From: Octopus sinensis
Lineage: Eukaryota
Length of the DNA: 64,000 nucleotides
Direction of reading: 5' to 3'
NCBI RefSeq assembly: GCF_006345805.1
Contig: NC_043021.1
Span: forward strand, 13,144,001 to 13,208,000
This document shows, in pieces, positions 38,134-51,539 of this stretch; position 1 is the first letter of the stretch; each line of letters begins with the position of its first letter. The position numbers and the translations under genes are program-made. The notes under the pieces were generated by a model. That model was not told the origin of the DNA, made no database searches, and saw only the letters and a list, made by a program, of their open reading frames with translations.

Positions 38134-38930
38134 TAACTCATTTAGCATTCAGATAAATCTGTCTAATGTAATGCTTATTTATTCACATCGTTTGGAATTA
38201 CTAATACATCAAATAATAATTATATTATTGTAGACAGTGTTCACCACAACAAAAATTGTCCGCAGAGGGACTTGAACCTGTGACCCTCAGATTACTTCTA
38301 AGGTTGACCTATAAAAGTCTGATGCTCTACTGACTGAGCTATTGTATTGTATTGAGAATTTGATGATATGAGTATCTATTTTTAGTATGACATCATAGGG
38401 TAGGTGTGAGAGGCTAAATATGGCCAGCCTGTACATAAAACAGGTAGAATATATGGGATGGATTTGGCCAGTTTAATCCTTTGGTATTCAGATTACTCTG
38501 TCAAATGTAATGCTTATTTATCCACTTTGTTTTGAATTAATCATGTATCATCTTTGTGTTGAGATTTCAATGATGTGCTTGTTTATTTTTAGTATGACAT
38601 TGTAGGGTAGGTGTGAGAGGCTAAATACGATTAGTCTGTTGTACATAAAGCATGTAGAACATTTGGACTGGATTTGGCTGGTTTAACCCTTTAGCATTTA
38701 AACCGGCCATAACTGGCCAAAAATATTCTGCCTGTTTTATGTTCAAACTGGCCAGATCTGGTCTCTCAGATCAACCCTACAATATCGTTTTAAAAATTAA
38801 CTCCTCCCTCATTGAAATCTCATAGCTACAAGATAATGCATGATTAATTCAAAACAACGTGGACAAAAAAAGCATTAATTTTGGCAGAATAATGCGAACA
38901 CTAAAGGGTTAAATGCTATAAGGTTAATGG
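38134..38930. mobile_element. Nested piggyBac-type MITE cluster
   Basis: Two older reversed copies (starting about 38134 and 38483) and a young copy at 38687-38908 with TTAA on both sides. Confidence 0.75.
38257..38342 (-). tRNA. tRNA-Lys(UUU)-like pseudogene with a 19-nt intron, missing the 5' acceptor strand
   Basis: Minus strand reads TAGCTCAGTCAGTAGAGCA-TCAGA-CT-TTT-A-[TAGGTCAACCTTAGAAGTA]-A-TCTGA-GGGTC-ACAGGTTCAAGTCCCTC-TGCGGAC-A, then ATTTTT. The intron is 38293-38311. The T-stem has mismatches. Confidence 0.8.
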
Positions 38931-39845
38931 CTTCAAATTTTGGCACAGAGCCAGTAATTTTCTAGAGTAGGGGACAGGTGATTACATTGACCCCAATACT
39001 TCACTGGTACTTAATTCATTAACCATGAAAGGATGAAAGGCAAAATTGATCTCGGCAGAATTTGAACTCAGAATGCAAAGACAGACAAAATACCGTTAAG
39101 CATTTTGTCTGGGGTGCTAATGATTCTGCGAGCTCGCTGCTTTTACCAAAATTTGTTGCAACAAGTTCAAAACTGAAGAGTAATAATTGCTTCAAATTTT
39201 GGCACAGGGCCAGCAATTTTTTAGGAGAAGAGAAAGTCGATTACATTGACCCTAGTACATGACTGGTACTTAATTTATCAATTGTGAAAGGATGAAAGGC
39301 AAAGTTGATCTTGGTGGAAATGGAACTCTGCATATAAAGATAGATGAAATGTTGCTAAGCATTTTGCCCAGCGTTGCTAACAAATCTACCAGCTTGCTGC
39401 TTTCTCCAAAATTCATTGCAACAAGTGGGGGAGAATGGGGTAAGTTAATAGCATTGACCTCAGTGTACAGCTGGTACTTGTTTTATTGACACCGAAAGGA
39501 TGGAATTTTGAATTTGGAACATAAAGAAGGGCAAAATTCTGCTAAGCATTTTGCCCAGTGGGCTAACAATTCCGCCAGCTCACTACCTTAATAATAATGA
39601 TAATAATAATAATTATAATAATAATAATGGTTTCAAATTTTGCCACAAGGGCAGCCATTTTTTTTTTGGTGGGGGGGGGGGGGCAGTCGATTACATTGAC
39701 CCCAGTGTTTCACTGGTACTTAAATTATTGACTCTGAAACAACGAAAGGCAAAGTCAATCTCGGCAGAATTTGAACTCAAAATGTAGCGACAGGCAAAAT
39801 ACCGCTAAGCATTTCATCCAGCATGCTAGCAATTTTGCCAGCTCA
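38925..39845 (-). mobile_element. Tandem run of family B-related SINE units
   Basis: Repeated 'ttcaaattttggcaca-ggccagc...gattacattgacccc...aggcaaa...ggcagaatttgaactc'. Confidence 0.75.
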
Positions 39846-39874
39846 CCGCCTCAATAATAATAATAATAATAATA

Positions 39875-39919
<45 letters not shown>

Positions 39920-40524
39920 CAACAATTTCAGGTTGTGGTTTTGATTGATGTCTTTTTAGCCAGTCCATGTGGCAGTCCACCTTCAAACTTCCTATGCTTA
40001 GATCTTTGGATCTAATAATTACATATCGATACATACATACAGACATACATACATATATACACACATATGTATATGTATATATATATCAGCATAGAATTTC
40101 AGAAATAGCACATTAATCGAAATATCTTATAATATTTCATTCCATCTCATTCTGCAGTCGATATAATCAACTCTTCTCCCCCGTCCCCCCCAACCAAATC
40201 AATAGGAATGGATTGATTACTTATCGATGGATAACTTTGATTACCTTAGAATAAATGTATTTGCACCAGTTTGTCACTTAAAAATTAATAAGACATCATA
40301 CATAGTTGAAGGAGGGTGTGAACCTTCAATATATATATGTGTGTATGAATAAATATATATATATTATATATAGATATATATATATATAGAGAGAGAGAGA
40401 GTGATACAACAGGCATATATATATGCTATGTATATATGTATGTATATATATACACACACCCCAACACATGCATCCATACACACACATATACATACACACA
40501 TATATATGTATATAGGTGTAAGAT

Positions 40525-40685
40525 AGGCGTAGGAGTGGCTGTGTGGTAAGTAGCTTGCTTACCAACCATATGGTCCCGGGTTCAGTCCCACTGTGTGTCA
40601 CCTTGGGCAAGTGTCTTCTACTATAGCCTCAGGCCGACCAAACCCTTGTGAGTGGATTTGGTAGATGGAAACTGAAAGAAGCCCG

Positions 40686-40728
<43 letters not shown>

Positions 40729-40980
40729 CATACATACACATATATATATGTATGTGTGTGTGTATATGTTGGTGTGTCTGTGTTTGTCCCCCCACCATCA
40801 CTTGACAACCGATGCTGGTGTGTTTACATCCTCATCACTTAGAAGTTTGGCAAGAGAGACTGATAAAATAAGTACTAGGCTTACAAAGACTAAGTCCTGG
40901 GGTCGATTTGCTCGGCTAAATGCGGTGCTCCAGCATGGCCGCAGTCAAATGACTGAAACAAATAAAAGAATAAAAGAATA
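40525..40980 (+). mobile_element. SINE family A
   Basis: Head, expanded (TA)n, and tail. Confidence 0.88.
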
Positions 40981-41075
40981 TATATATATATTGTATATAT
41001 TGAGAAAGAGGAGAGAGAGAAAGAGAAAGACATATATATCATCATATATATGTATATATATATATATCTATAAAC

Positions 41076-41117
<42 letters not shown>

Positions 41118-41499
41118 ATATAGACACACATATATATATACAGACACATATGTACATATACACATACATATTCACTTAAAAACATACACATATTTATACA
41201 CATACATAGATACTCACATATTCATACATACATACATACATACATACATACATACATACATACATACATACATACATACATAGTCAGAGTCTTTTGCACT
41301 AATGAAATGGTTGAACGGTCATATTGGTGGACATCAAAGAACTTGTTTCGTTTTCCATCCTGAAAGTCGGGCAAGTCACTGTGCAAGCGTGTAAGTAACT
41401 GACTTCATCAGTCCATCGTCACCCAATAACGAGGAGGAGCAAGGAGGAAACCACACTGATTGAACTGTATTTGCACCTATTGATCTCTGTCGCTCTCTC

Positions 41500-43570
41500 A
41501 CCACCACCACCACCACCATTCACCACCATTCACCTGTCTAACTCAGTTCTGGCACTGGTACCAACATCACCCAATGCTCTTGCTCACCACCACCACCACC
41601 ACACCACCACCACCACCACCACCACCACCATCAACATCATCATGGCAATGATGACAACCACCCTCACCACCATCCCAGCCACGAACATGAAGACAACCAC
41701 CACCACCACCCTAACCAAGATTACCACCACCACCACCATCAACATCATCATGGCAATGATGACAACCACCCTCACCACCATCCCAGCCACGAACATGAAG
41801 ACAACCACCACCACCACCACCATCACCACCACCACCAAAACCATTACCACCACCACCACCATCCCTACCATCACGACCACTATGACTGTCATAATGAAGG
41901 GCATGATGATGACCACAACCATCACCACCACCGTCACCACCACCACCACCACCACCACCACCACCACCACTACCACCACCACCACCACCACCACCACCAC
42001 TACCACCACTATCACTACTACTACCATCACCACCACTAAGACCATCGATATCCCTCCCCACTGTCATCATTGCCATCATCATCATCACTACCATCACTTA
42101 TACTACGCCACTGCCACCAACCATCACAACCGCCACCACCACTGCCATCACCCACCCTCCACGTCGCCACTGCCGCCGCCACCAGCGGTGCCACTACTAC
42201 CCCCCAACTAGTGGTGTCATTATTGCCATTGTCACATCACTTCAACTATTACACCACTCCCTCGTGCTCATTACACACACACACACACACAGCACTGCAA
42301 CTACCACTAGCGCAACCACAGAAACTTCCCAATTCACCACCACTACCACCATCACTCCCTGAATAGTGTCATCACATCATCACCACTGTCACCGTCACCA
42401 CCACCACCACCACCACCACCACCACCACCACTGCTATTATAGCCACCACCACTAACACAGTCACAACTACATCATCATCAATACCACCACTACAATTATT
42501 ACCACCACCCCTACTACAACTACTGCTACTACTAACACTACTACTGACACACCTCTACATCACAACCAACACCACCTCTGCCACCACCACCACTACCACT
42601 ACCACCACCACAACCACTATTACTACTACTATTGCTGCTGTTGCTGTTGCTGCTGCAACTACTACTACTACTACTACTACTACAACTACTACTACTACTA
42701 CTACTACTAGTATTACTACTACTACTACTACGTTACTATCAACACTGCCTCTACCACCACCACTAATGCTACTATAGCGGCCACTGCTGCTGCAACCACC
42801 GCACAGTACCAACACTTCCACCACTAACAACACTGCGACTACTACTACTAGCACCTCCACCACCATCACCAATACACACCGGTGACACCACTCACCACCA
42901 CCACCACCACCACCACCACCATTAGATAACAAGGATGTTTCACAGTGGAAATTACTGAGAACAGAATTATGAACAAATGGATGTTTTTTTTTGTTACTAA
43001 CGAAACAAAACAACTAAAAAAAAAATCAAAACAAAACTGAAATAAAAAAAAACAAAACAAAATAAATGAACAATAAAAAGTTTAAAAAACCATAATTAAC
43101 AAACACAAAAATAAAACAAAACAAAAGAAAATAACCTCAATTTTAATTAGATTAATTAAAATGATTAAAAATGAGATTGCATTTTCTCCCTCCTCTCTCT
43201 CTCTCCCAACCTCTTCTTTTTCTTCATCTCTTCCTCTCCACCCCTCTCTTCGTTTCTCTCTTTTTTATCTCTCTTCGTCTCTCTCTCTCTCTCTTTCTCT
43301 CCCTTCATCTCTCTGTCTCTCTCTCACACTCTCTGTTGTATCAACAGCATTTTCGTTATGCGATTTGCATCTGTACTTCCTCTCTCTTTTTCTTCATCTC
43401 TCTCTCTCTCTCTTCATTTCTCCCTTTCTATCTCTCTTCATCTGTCTCTCTCTCTCTTTCTGCTGTATCAACAGCAATTCTATTATGTGATTTACAGCTG
43501 TTCTTCCTCTCTTTCTTTCTTCCCTTTTTTTCTCTCCTCCCCTCTTTCTTTCTTCTCCTCCTCCTCCTCT
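41500..43570. repeat. (CAC)n/(CTA)n and (CT)n low-complexity region
   Basis: Includes a 108-bp local duplication ('atggcaatg' at about 41642 and 41750). Confidence 0.9.
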
Positions 43571-43949
43571 CTCTGTTCTGGCAGTCATACCTTCATATAA
43601 CCTGAACGCACCAAACTTATCTACCTTTGAAGAAATATAACAGTACAGCTGACCGACTAACAAGTGTTGCTGTTGTTCATATTATTGTTGTTGATCACCA
43701 GGCCAATCCAGGACAGGCTGACCCTTGATTGAACTAATTTATGATCAAAATCACTCCATCTCTGATCATATTCATTTTTTAAAATTTCTGTTTTAGCATA
43801 TCCATGACAACATCGTCCAACATGCCCTTCCTTTTTTTAAGACACTAGGGTAGGATTTAATGGAATTTGGTCAGTATTTCTAGCTGCTCAAGCAACAGTG
43901 TAGAAATTACCTCATTGGCTCAAAGCATTTAGTTAGTTCTTATTTCTTT

Positions 43950-45750
43950 ACTACCTACAAGGGGCTACACACAGAGGGGACAAACAAGGACAGATAAACA
44001 GATTAAGTCGATTATATCGACCCCAGTGTGTAACTGGTATTTATTTAATCGACATTGAAAGGATAAAAGGCAAAGTCGACCTCAGCAGAATTTGAACTCA
44101 GAACGTAGTGGCAGCCAAAATACCTATTTCTTTACTACCCACAACTGGCTAAATACAGAGAGGACAAACAAGGACAGACAAATGGATTAAGTCGATTATA
44201 TCGACCCCAGTGCTTAACTGGTACTTATTTAATCGACCCCGAAAGGATGAAAGGCAAAGTCGACCTCGGTGGAATTTGAACTCAGAATGCAATGGCAGAC
44301 GAAATACTGCTAAGCATTTTGCCTGGTGTGCTAACGATTCTGCCTGCTCGCCACCTTGTTAGTTAGTTCTGGCAGCGTTTAACTGATTGACCAATCAGAA
44401 TTATTATTGGATGGTATTTCATAATGGTCACCTTCCATGCTGACACGAGAAGTATGGTTTGACAGGTTCCAACAGGTTTGAGGACAGCTCCATGCTCCAG
44501 TGGCTGCTTTGGCATAATTTCAATGGTTGGATGTCTTTCCTAATACCAGCCACATTACAGAGTAGATCAGGTACTTTTCTTTTTGGTACCAGCACAAGTG
44601 GGGTGACCATGTAGCTTCCAAGGCAAAGATTTCCACAGGCTGAGTGGGGCTACAGAAGGGAGGCAGTCAGCTTTATGATTTTCAACCATTTTTTTTATCT
44701 AGGGATCCCTGTCGTTACTATTTTATGCTGGTATACCCCCAAAGCCATTCGATGTCTAAAAAATTCAGTTTTATAGATACTTCTTTCAAAATTACTATTT
44801 TGCTTTTCATGCATTCACTTGCGTAGGTTGAACTATATAAAACATCAGGCGAGCTGGCAGAACCATTAGCACGCTGGGCGAAATGCATAGCTGTATTTCG
44901 TCTGCCGTTACATTCTAAGTTCAAATTCCGCCGAGGTTGACTTTGCCTTTCATCCTTTCGGGGTCGATAAATTAAGTACCAGTTATGCACTGGGGTTGAT
45001 TTAATCGACTTAATTCGTTTGTCTGCCCTTGTTTGTTCCCTCTATGTTTAGCCCCTTGTAGGTAATAAAGAAATATATATAAAACATCAGAGAAATAAAC
45101 CCAGCTGTTTCTTGCAATTAATACATCTAAAGCAAAATTTTTTGTGGACCCTTAAAATAATACTACAGGCCCAATTCACTATTTTGTTTATGCAGAGCCC
45201 CACCAATTTTATATGAACCCCACCCTCCAGGGTCATATGCACCCTGGTTGAGAACCACTGTGCTAGGTAATGAAAAGTTGAAGTAGTATGAAGGAAAGGA
45301 TCAGAATAGGTTTCTTACTGCAGAAGGGTTTAGACAGGATGGATGTCCATGATAAAATATGAGCTGGATGGAAAATAGAGGAGAGAAGATGACAACTGGA
45401 GATTGAGAAGGTTATACTGAATGGTGGAGGGGTAATGAATGATGAATGTGAGTTTGGGAGTAGGTCCTGATTGGAGGGCGAAGAACAACAGGATAGAAAG
45501 ATATGACATGGAAGGCGTTGAGCTGGCAGAAACGTTAGCACGCCGGGTGAAATGCTTAGCGGTATTTTGTCTGTCTTTATGTTCTGAGTTCAAATTTCGT
45601 TGAAGTTGACTTAGCTTTTCATCCTTTCGGGGGTCGATTAAATAAGTACCAGTTATGCACTAGGCTCGATGTAATCGACTGAATCCGTTTGTCTGTCCTT
45701 GTTTGTTCCCTCTATGTTTAGCCCCTTGTGGGCAATAAAGAAATAAGAAA
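43950..45750. mobile_element. Family B SINE copies (43950-44355 minus; 44848-45075 and 45518-45750 plus), one inside a probable hAT MITE (about 44665-45260)
   Basis: Family B cores; hAT/Charlie-like end GGTTGAGAACCACTG at 45246-45260, with a degenerate left end. Confidence 0.7.
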
Positions 45751-46379
45751 GATATGACATGGGTGGATAGGTTGCAAGAATGTGAATGCAGAGAAAGTGA
45801 GAGAGATGTAAGGTGATATAAACAAATCAACAGGAAGTGGTACAGTAGAGAGGGAGAAGGAGAGGTTATTTAGTAGCAAAGAAGGATGGAATGGTCAATG
45901 TAAAATGTAAGTGGAGAGGGACAATGTAAGAACAAAGGATAGCAGTCAACTGAAGTGGTTCTGAGTAGTGAGAAAGATAAGTGGTATCACAGAAAAGATG
46001 ATAAAATATGTAGAATACCATGGTTGGAGAGATCAGTGATAGAGATAGGGAATGGCAGGAAGATTTGATGAGGAAATTAGGCAAGGGACCCAAATAGGCA
46101 CAAGAGTGGCTGTGTGGTAAGTAGCTTGCTTGCCAACTATATAGTTCCAGGTTCAGTCGACTGCATGCCACCTTGGGTAAGCATCTTCTACTATAGCCCC
46201 GGGCTGACCAAAGCCTTGTGAGTGGATTTGGTAGACGTAAACTGAAAGAAGCCCATTGTGTATATATATATATATATATATGCTTGTGTGTCAGTGTTTG
46301 TCCCCCTCCCCCATCGTTTACAAAGAATAAGTTGTGGGGTCAATTTGTTTGACCATGAGGATAACCATGAGGATAACCT

Positions 46380-47150
46380 TCAACACTTTAACCTTATGTC
46401 TTATGGATCTCCCTCTTCCACAAGTTCCAGCCATCTTCAGATATCAGTACTTCTTTATATGGTTTTTCTTATCCATAGGCATCACATGATCATACCAGCA
46501 TAATCTTCACTCTGGCTTACTACATCTCACATCTCTTATACCCAATTTTTCTCCCAACACACTTTCACTTTGTCAATCATACACACTGATGTTGCACATC
46601 CAGCAGAGAATACTAGCTTCATTCCTTTCTGGTCTTCACATGTCCTCTGCATTCAAGACCCATCTCTCACTTCCCTGTAGTATTGCTGTTTTCACAGATG
46701 CGTCATACAAACTGCTTTTCAGTCTGTGAAACAATTCTTTTCTTACCAAACAGAGAAAATAGCTCTAAATTTTCTTCAATATATTCTTATTCTAGCAGCC
46801 ATATTTTCAGATCAACTGCCTCCACTCTAGTTCAAATAAGTTATATACTACCTCCAGGGATCCTCTTAAGAGTTTGATAAAATCTACTTCCCGTGTGCTC
46901 TTAGTGATCATTGTGTCCCTGCATCTGCTCTGTGCAAAGGCTAATTTCTCTGTTAATCTATCCATGATACTACAGCACCTCAGTTTTCATTGGGTTCACT
47001 GATTGGATTTTCTACATAGTCCTTTTCTATGTGTTGAGCAAGGCCATTTCCTTGGTCTCTGTTAAGTCAACTTTGAGAACTTTCAATCCAGGTTTTACAT
47101 TCACTCCTCAAGAAAACCCATCTTTTATAGCATAAGTGTTAAGGCCACTT
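46380..47150 (-). pseudogene. Fragmented RTE LINE remnant
   Basis: Homologous to 19393-20270 (the LYDASV..LQGSERW.L..EDM.RPERNEAS.LCW.CNISV region). Confidence 0.65.
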
Positions 47151-47714
47151 TCCCTGGAGAAGAGAATTGGTCTACAAGAGTCCTGTACTGGTGCTACACA
47201 AAAGTGGTCATGCTAGTGCCATGTTAAAAGCTCCCAGCACACACTGTAAACTGGTTGGCATTAGGAAGGGCATCCAGCTGTAGAACATCCTTTATTTTTA
47301 TAAACTTAAATGAATTTGAATGTGAAATAATAAAAAAATAAATTATGTTCTACCTTCCATGGGATTTGAAACTGCGTACTAAATTTCTGGAGATATGATT
47401 TTTAAATGAGAAATTTTAATAATTATGGTGTTCCAATAGAAAGAGTCTGTACAGTGTTGAGTGAGAAAATGTGTGAACGTATTCGAGAAAGAGAGAGAGA
47501 GAGACAAAGAGTTAGTATGAGGTAAAGAGAGGATGAGAGAGATGATCATTCTAGTACAACTATCAGTCTTTCACCATCTCTTATTTTGTTTTTATTTACT
47601 AATCCTCTCTCATTTACCTAACAGGGACTTTGAAGTGACAAAACAGCTGTGAACTAATGGAATAAAACATCTATTCTCCCACTTCCTTTCTCTCCTTCTC
47701 TTATCTGATCAATT

Positions 47715-47759
<45 letters not shown>

Positions 47760-47766
<7 letters not shown>

Positions 47767-47965
47767 ATATGATGTTATTTTTTATAAGCCTAAAGCTGTT
47801 CTATGTTAAGAGATGAGGAATTATGAACATTATTTACATTCGACAGATGTTTGTCCTCATCTTGTTTGTTGTTAACACAATGTTTCAGCTGATATACCCT
47901 CTAGCCTTCATCAGGTGTCTTGGGGAAATTTCGAACCTGGGTTCTCATTCCTAAGGTATTTTTCA
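47760..47965 (-). mobile_element. Penelope-like terminal repeat fragment with a decayed loop-less hammerhead (47874-47919)
   Basis: Minus strand reads GACAC-CUGAUGA-A-GGCU..AGCU-GAAA-C-A-U-U-GUGUU. A related copy at about 37190-37310 has the core deleted. Confidence 0.55.
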
Positions 47966-48014
47966 ATGTTATTATTATTATTATTGTGTGTGTGCGTGTG
48001 TGCATGTGTATATA

Positions 48015-49613
48015 TCATCATCATCATCATCATCGTTTAGCGTCCGCTTTCCATGCTAGCATGGGTTGGACGGTTCAACTGGGGTCTGGGAAGCCAGAAG
48101 GCTCCACCAGGCCCAGTCTGATCTGGCAGTGTTTCTATGGCTGGATGCCCTTCCTAACGCCAATCACTCCATGAGTGTAGTGGGTGCTTTCTATGTACCA
48201 CCGGCACACGGGCCAGAGGAGGCAGGCATTTGACTTTGGCCATGCTGGGGCAGCACCTTGAGAAGTTTTAGTTGAAGAAATCGAGTCCAGAACTCTTTTT
48301 TTTTAAAGCCTGGTACTTATTCTATCTGTTGCTTTTTGCTGAACCGCTAAGTTATGAGGACTTAAACACACCAACACCAGTTGTCAAGCTGTGGTAGGGA
48401 ACAAATACAGACATAAATACATACACATACACACACACACAGACACACATATATGTGGTCTGATCAATAAGTATCCGGACTGTTGTCATAGTAATGAAGC
48501 TAAAGCATGCAGAGTAAAGCTGCTTGGCACAGATTGATCTTGAACTCCGTGAGTGTAGTGGGTGCTTTTTACGTGCCACCGGCACAGGTACCAGACGAGG
48601 CTGGCAAACGGCCATGATCAGATGGTGCTTTTTACATGCCACCGGCATGGAGGCCAGGCGAGGCTGGCAACAGCCACAATCGGATGGTGCTTTTTATGTG
48701 CCACCGACACGGAGGCCAGTTGGGGTGCGCTGGCAACGGCCACGTTTGGATGGTTCTCTTACGTGCCACCAGCACTGGTATCACAGCTACAATTTCCATT
48801 GATGTTGATCGATTTCGATTTTGATTTTCACTTGCCTCAACAGGTCTTCACAAGCAGAGTTTTGTGTCCCAAGAAGGAAAGGTATGCATAAGTGGACTGG
48901 CTACGTCCCAGGTAGAGGCCACGGGTAATGGTCTCACTTGTTCTGCTGGGTCTTTTCACGCATAGCATACTTCCAAAGGTCTCGGTCTCTAGTCATTTCC
49001 TCGGTGAGACCTAAAGCTCGATGGTTGTGCTTCACCACCTCGTCCCGGGTTTTCCTGGGTCTACTACTAATTTTAAAATTAACAATTATTACCAAGTAGT
49101 TTCGGTATGGAAAGAGAACCATTATCGGTAGAAACTTTTACAAAAAGTTATATATATATATAACTTTATATATATACTTTATATATATATAAGGGTTGTT
49201 GCTTAACCACATACCAAAAATTTAGAAATAGCAGCCAAAGACTGCTTATTCCTATTTACTACAGGTATAGCTCCACATGTAACATTACTTGTAACTCACA
49301 AGTTATTTCTAAACTTTCGGTATGTGGTTAAGCAACTAAACCCTCGCCTGGCCCCGTGCCGGTGGCACATAAAAAGCACCATCCGTCTGTGGCCGTTTGC
49401 CAGCTCCATCTGGCACCTGTGCAGGTGGCGCGTAAAAAACACCCACTACACTCACGGAGTGGTTGGCGTTAGGAAAGGCATCCAGCCGTAGAAACACTGC
49501 CAGATCAGACTGGGCCTGATGCAGCCTTCTGGCTTCAAAGACCCCAGTTGAACCGTCCAACCCATGCTAGCATGGAAAGCGGACGCTAAATGATGATGAT
49601 GATATATATATAT

Positions 49614-49664
<51 letters not shown>

Positions 49665-51210
49665 TTAGAATGTTGTTTGTTACAGCTGGTCAGAGAGTGG
49701 CCATTGATTTTGCACCTATAAAGCATTTAGCTGTATAGGTGACTTGTCAGACTACAAAAAAAAACAAACAATATTCCATAACAGCAGAGAGAGCGACCTT
49801 TATGATTATGTGTATGTGCACAGCTGGTGGTACAGCTACAGAACACAAACCGTATGGTAGCCTATTGCAATGCACTCTACTATCGATAGATATAAATGTA
49901 TCTGTGCGTATATATTGTCCTTTAACTTTTGTTTTCCATGCTGGCATGGGTTCGACAATTTTACCAGTGCTGGCACCAGGTTCCAATCTGATTTGGCCTG
50001 ATTTTCATGGTTGGATATCCTTTCTAATGCCAGCCACTTTATAAATATGCTTGGTGCTTTTTATGTGATACTTGCTTGGGTGCTTTTAAACAGCGCTGGC
50101 ACAGGTGCTATTACATGGTACTAGCCTGAGTGCTTTGCACATGGCACTGGCGCAAGGCTCTTGTAGACTGCTCCTCTTCATCATGGAGAACAACTTTAAC
50201 ACTTCTGCTCTAAAGGATGGATTCTCTTGAGTTCAGAAAGGTACCAGATATCTCAGTCCTTTGTTATTGCTATCATAAGGTTCATAAGCTGGTAGAATAC
50301 CTATGCCACTTATGCCTTCATTGTTGCCTTCCCAGAAAAATTTGTATCTATGCCCTTTGCCCATAAGGAGTCTAACAGAGGCTCTCCTCCGTCATACCTC
50401 TTGAACACAGCACACATCTACATGTCGCCACTCAAGCATCTAAACTTAACTTTCAGACTTACCTTTCATAATGCCAACAGTGATTATGTCATATATATAT
50501 ACACTCCTCTTTATGAGCAGGTATAACCAAGCTTTTGGCAAAATTTGATGCAAATTCTCTGCTCAACTTTCTCTGTCATGGTTAAAAGACATACACCCGC
50601 TACACACGTTCCTTCCAAGCACTGCTATAAACAGCAGAAGTGAGCTAGAACGTTAAAACTTAGCGTGCAAGTACAGCAGAGTTCAAGGTCAATCTGTGCC
50701 AAGCAGCTTTACTCTGCATGCTTTAGCTTCATTACTATGGCAACAGTCCGGATACCTATTGATCAGACCACATATATGTGTGTGTGTGTGTATGTCTTTA
50801 TGTCTGTATCTGTTCGCTACCACAGCTTGACAACTGGTGTTGGTGTGTTTAAGTCCTCATAACTTAGCGGTTCAGCAAAAAGAGACAGATAGAATAAGTA
50901 CCAGGCTTAAAAAAAAAAAGAGTTCTGGACTCGATTTCTTCAACTAAAACTTCTCAAGGTGCTGCCCTAGCATGGCCAAAGTCAAATGCCTGCCTCCTCT
51001 GGCCCGTGTGCCAATGGTACATAAAAAGCACCCACTACACTCACGGAGTGGTTGGCGTTAGGAAGGGCATCCAGCTGTAGAAACACTGCCAGATCAGACT
51101 GGAGCCTGGCGCAGCCTCCTGGCTTCCCAGACCCCGGTTGAACCGTCCAACCCATGCCAGCATGGAAAACGGACGTTAAACAATGAAGAGGGTGATGATG
51201 ATGATGATGA
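48015..51210. repeat. Inverted local duplication (48015-48547 vs 50679-51210) enclosing family C SINEs, RTE fragments and a small MITE (49192-49343)
   Basis: Both arms share the same composite junctions: family C / family A tail / mariner-type TIR. Confidence 0.8.
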
Positions 51211-51539
51211 TGTAACCTTACTCGCATCCATATATACATATATGTGCTTATATGTATTCACATCTGCATACACACACACACACATACGCATATATGTATA
51301 AGCATGCTTATACACGTGTGTGTGTGTGTGTGTTTTATGTCTGAATGGTATTTTTTTTTAATGAACATACAGTATGTCTTTGTGTTGTGAGAGAAGTGCA
51401 GGAAGATAAGCTCTAAGACGCATACTCACTTTTAATCTCATCCTAGGCCTCTTTAACAGTTACCTTAAGAAGGCCCACACCACCTTTCCTTCCCAAAAGC
51501 ACCACCCACACTTCCATGTACATTATCCGACACCATGGC

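Noticed and set aside
41320-41430. Minus-strand CUGAUGA ... GAAAC as a further hammerhead
   Set aside because: Stem II does not abut GAAA and stems I and III do not form properly. At best this is a very decayed remnant.
41471-42211. 246-aa Thr-rich ORF
   Set aside because: It is a (CAC)n tract with a local duplication and has no coding signature.
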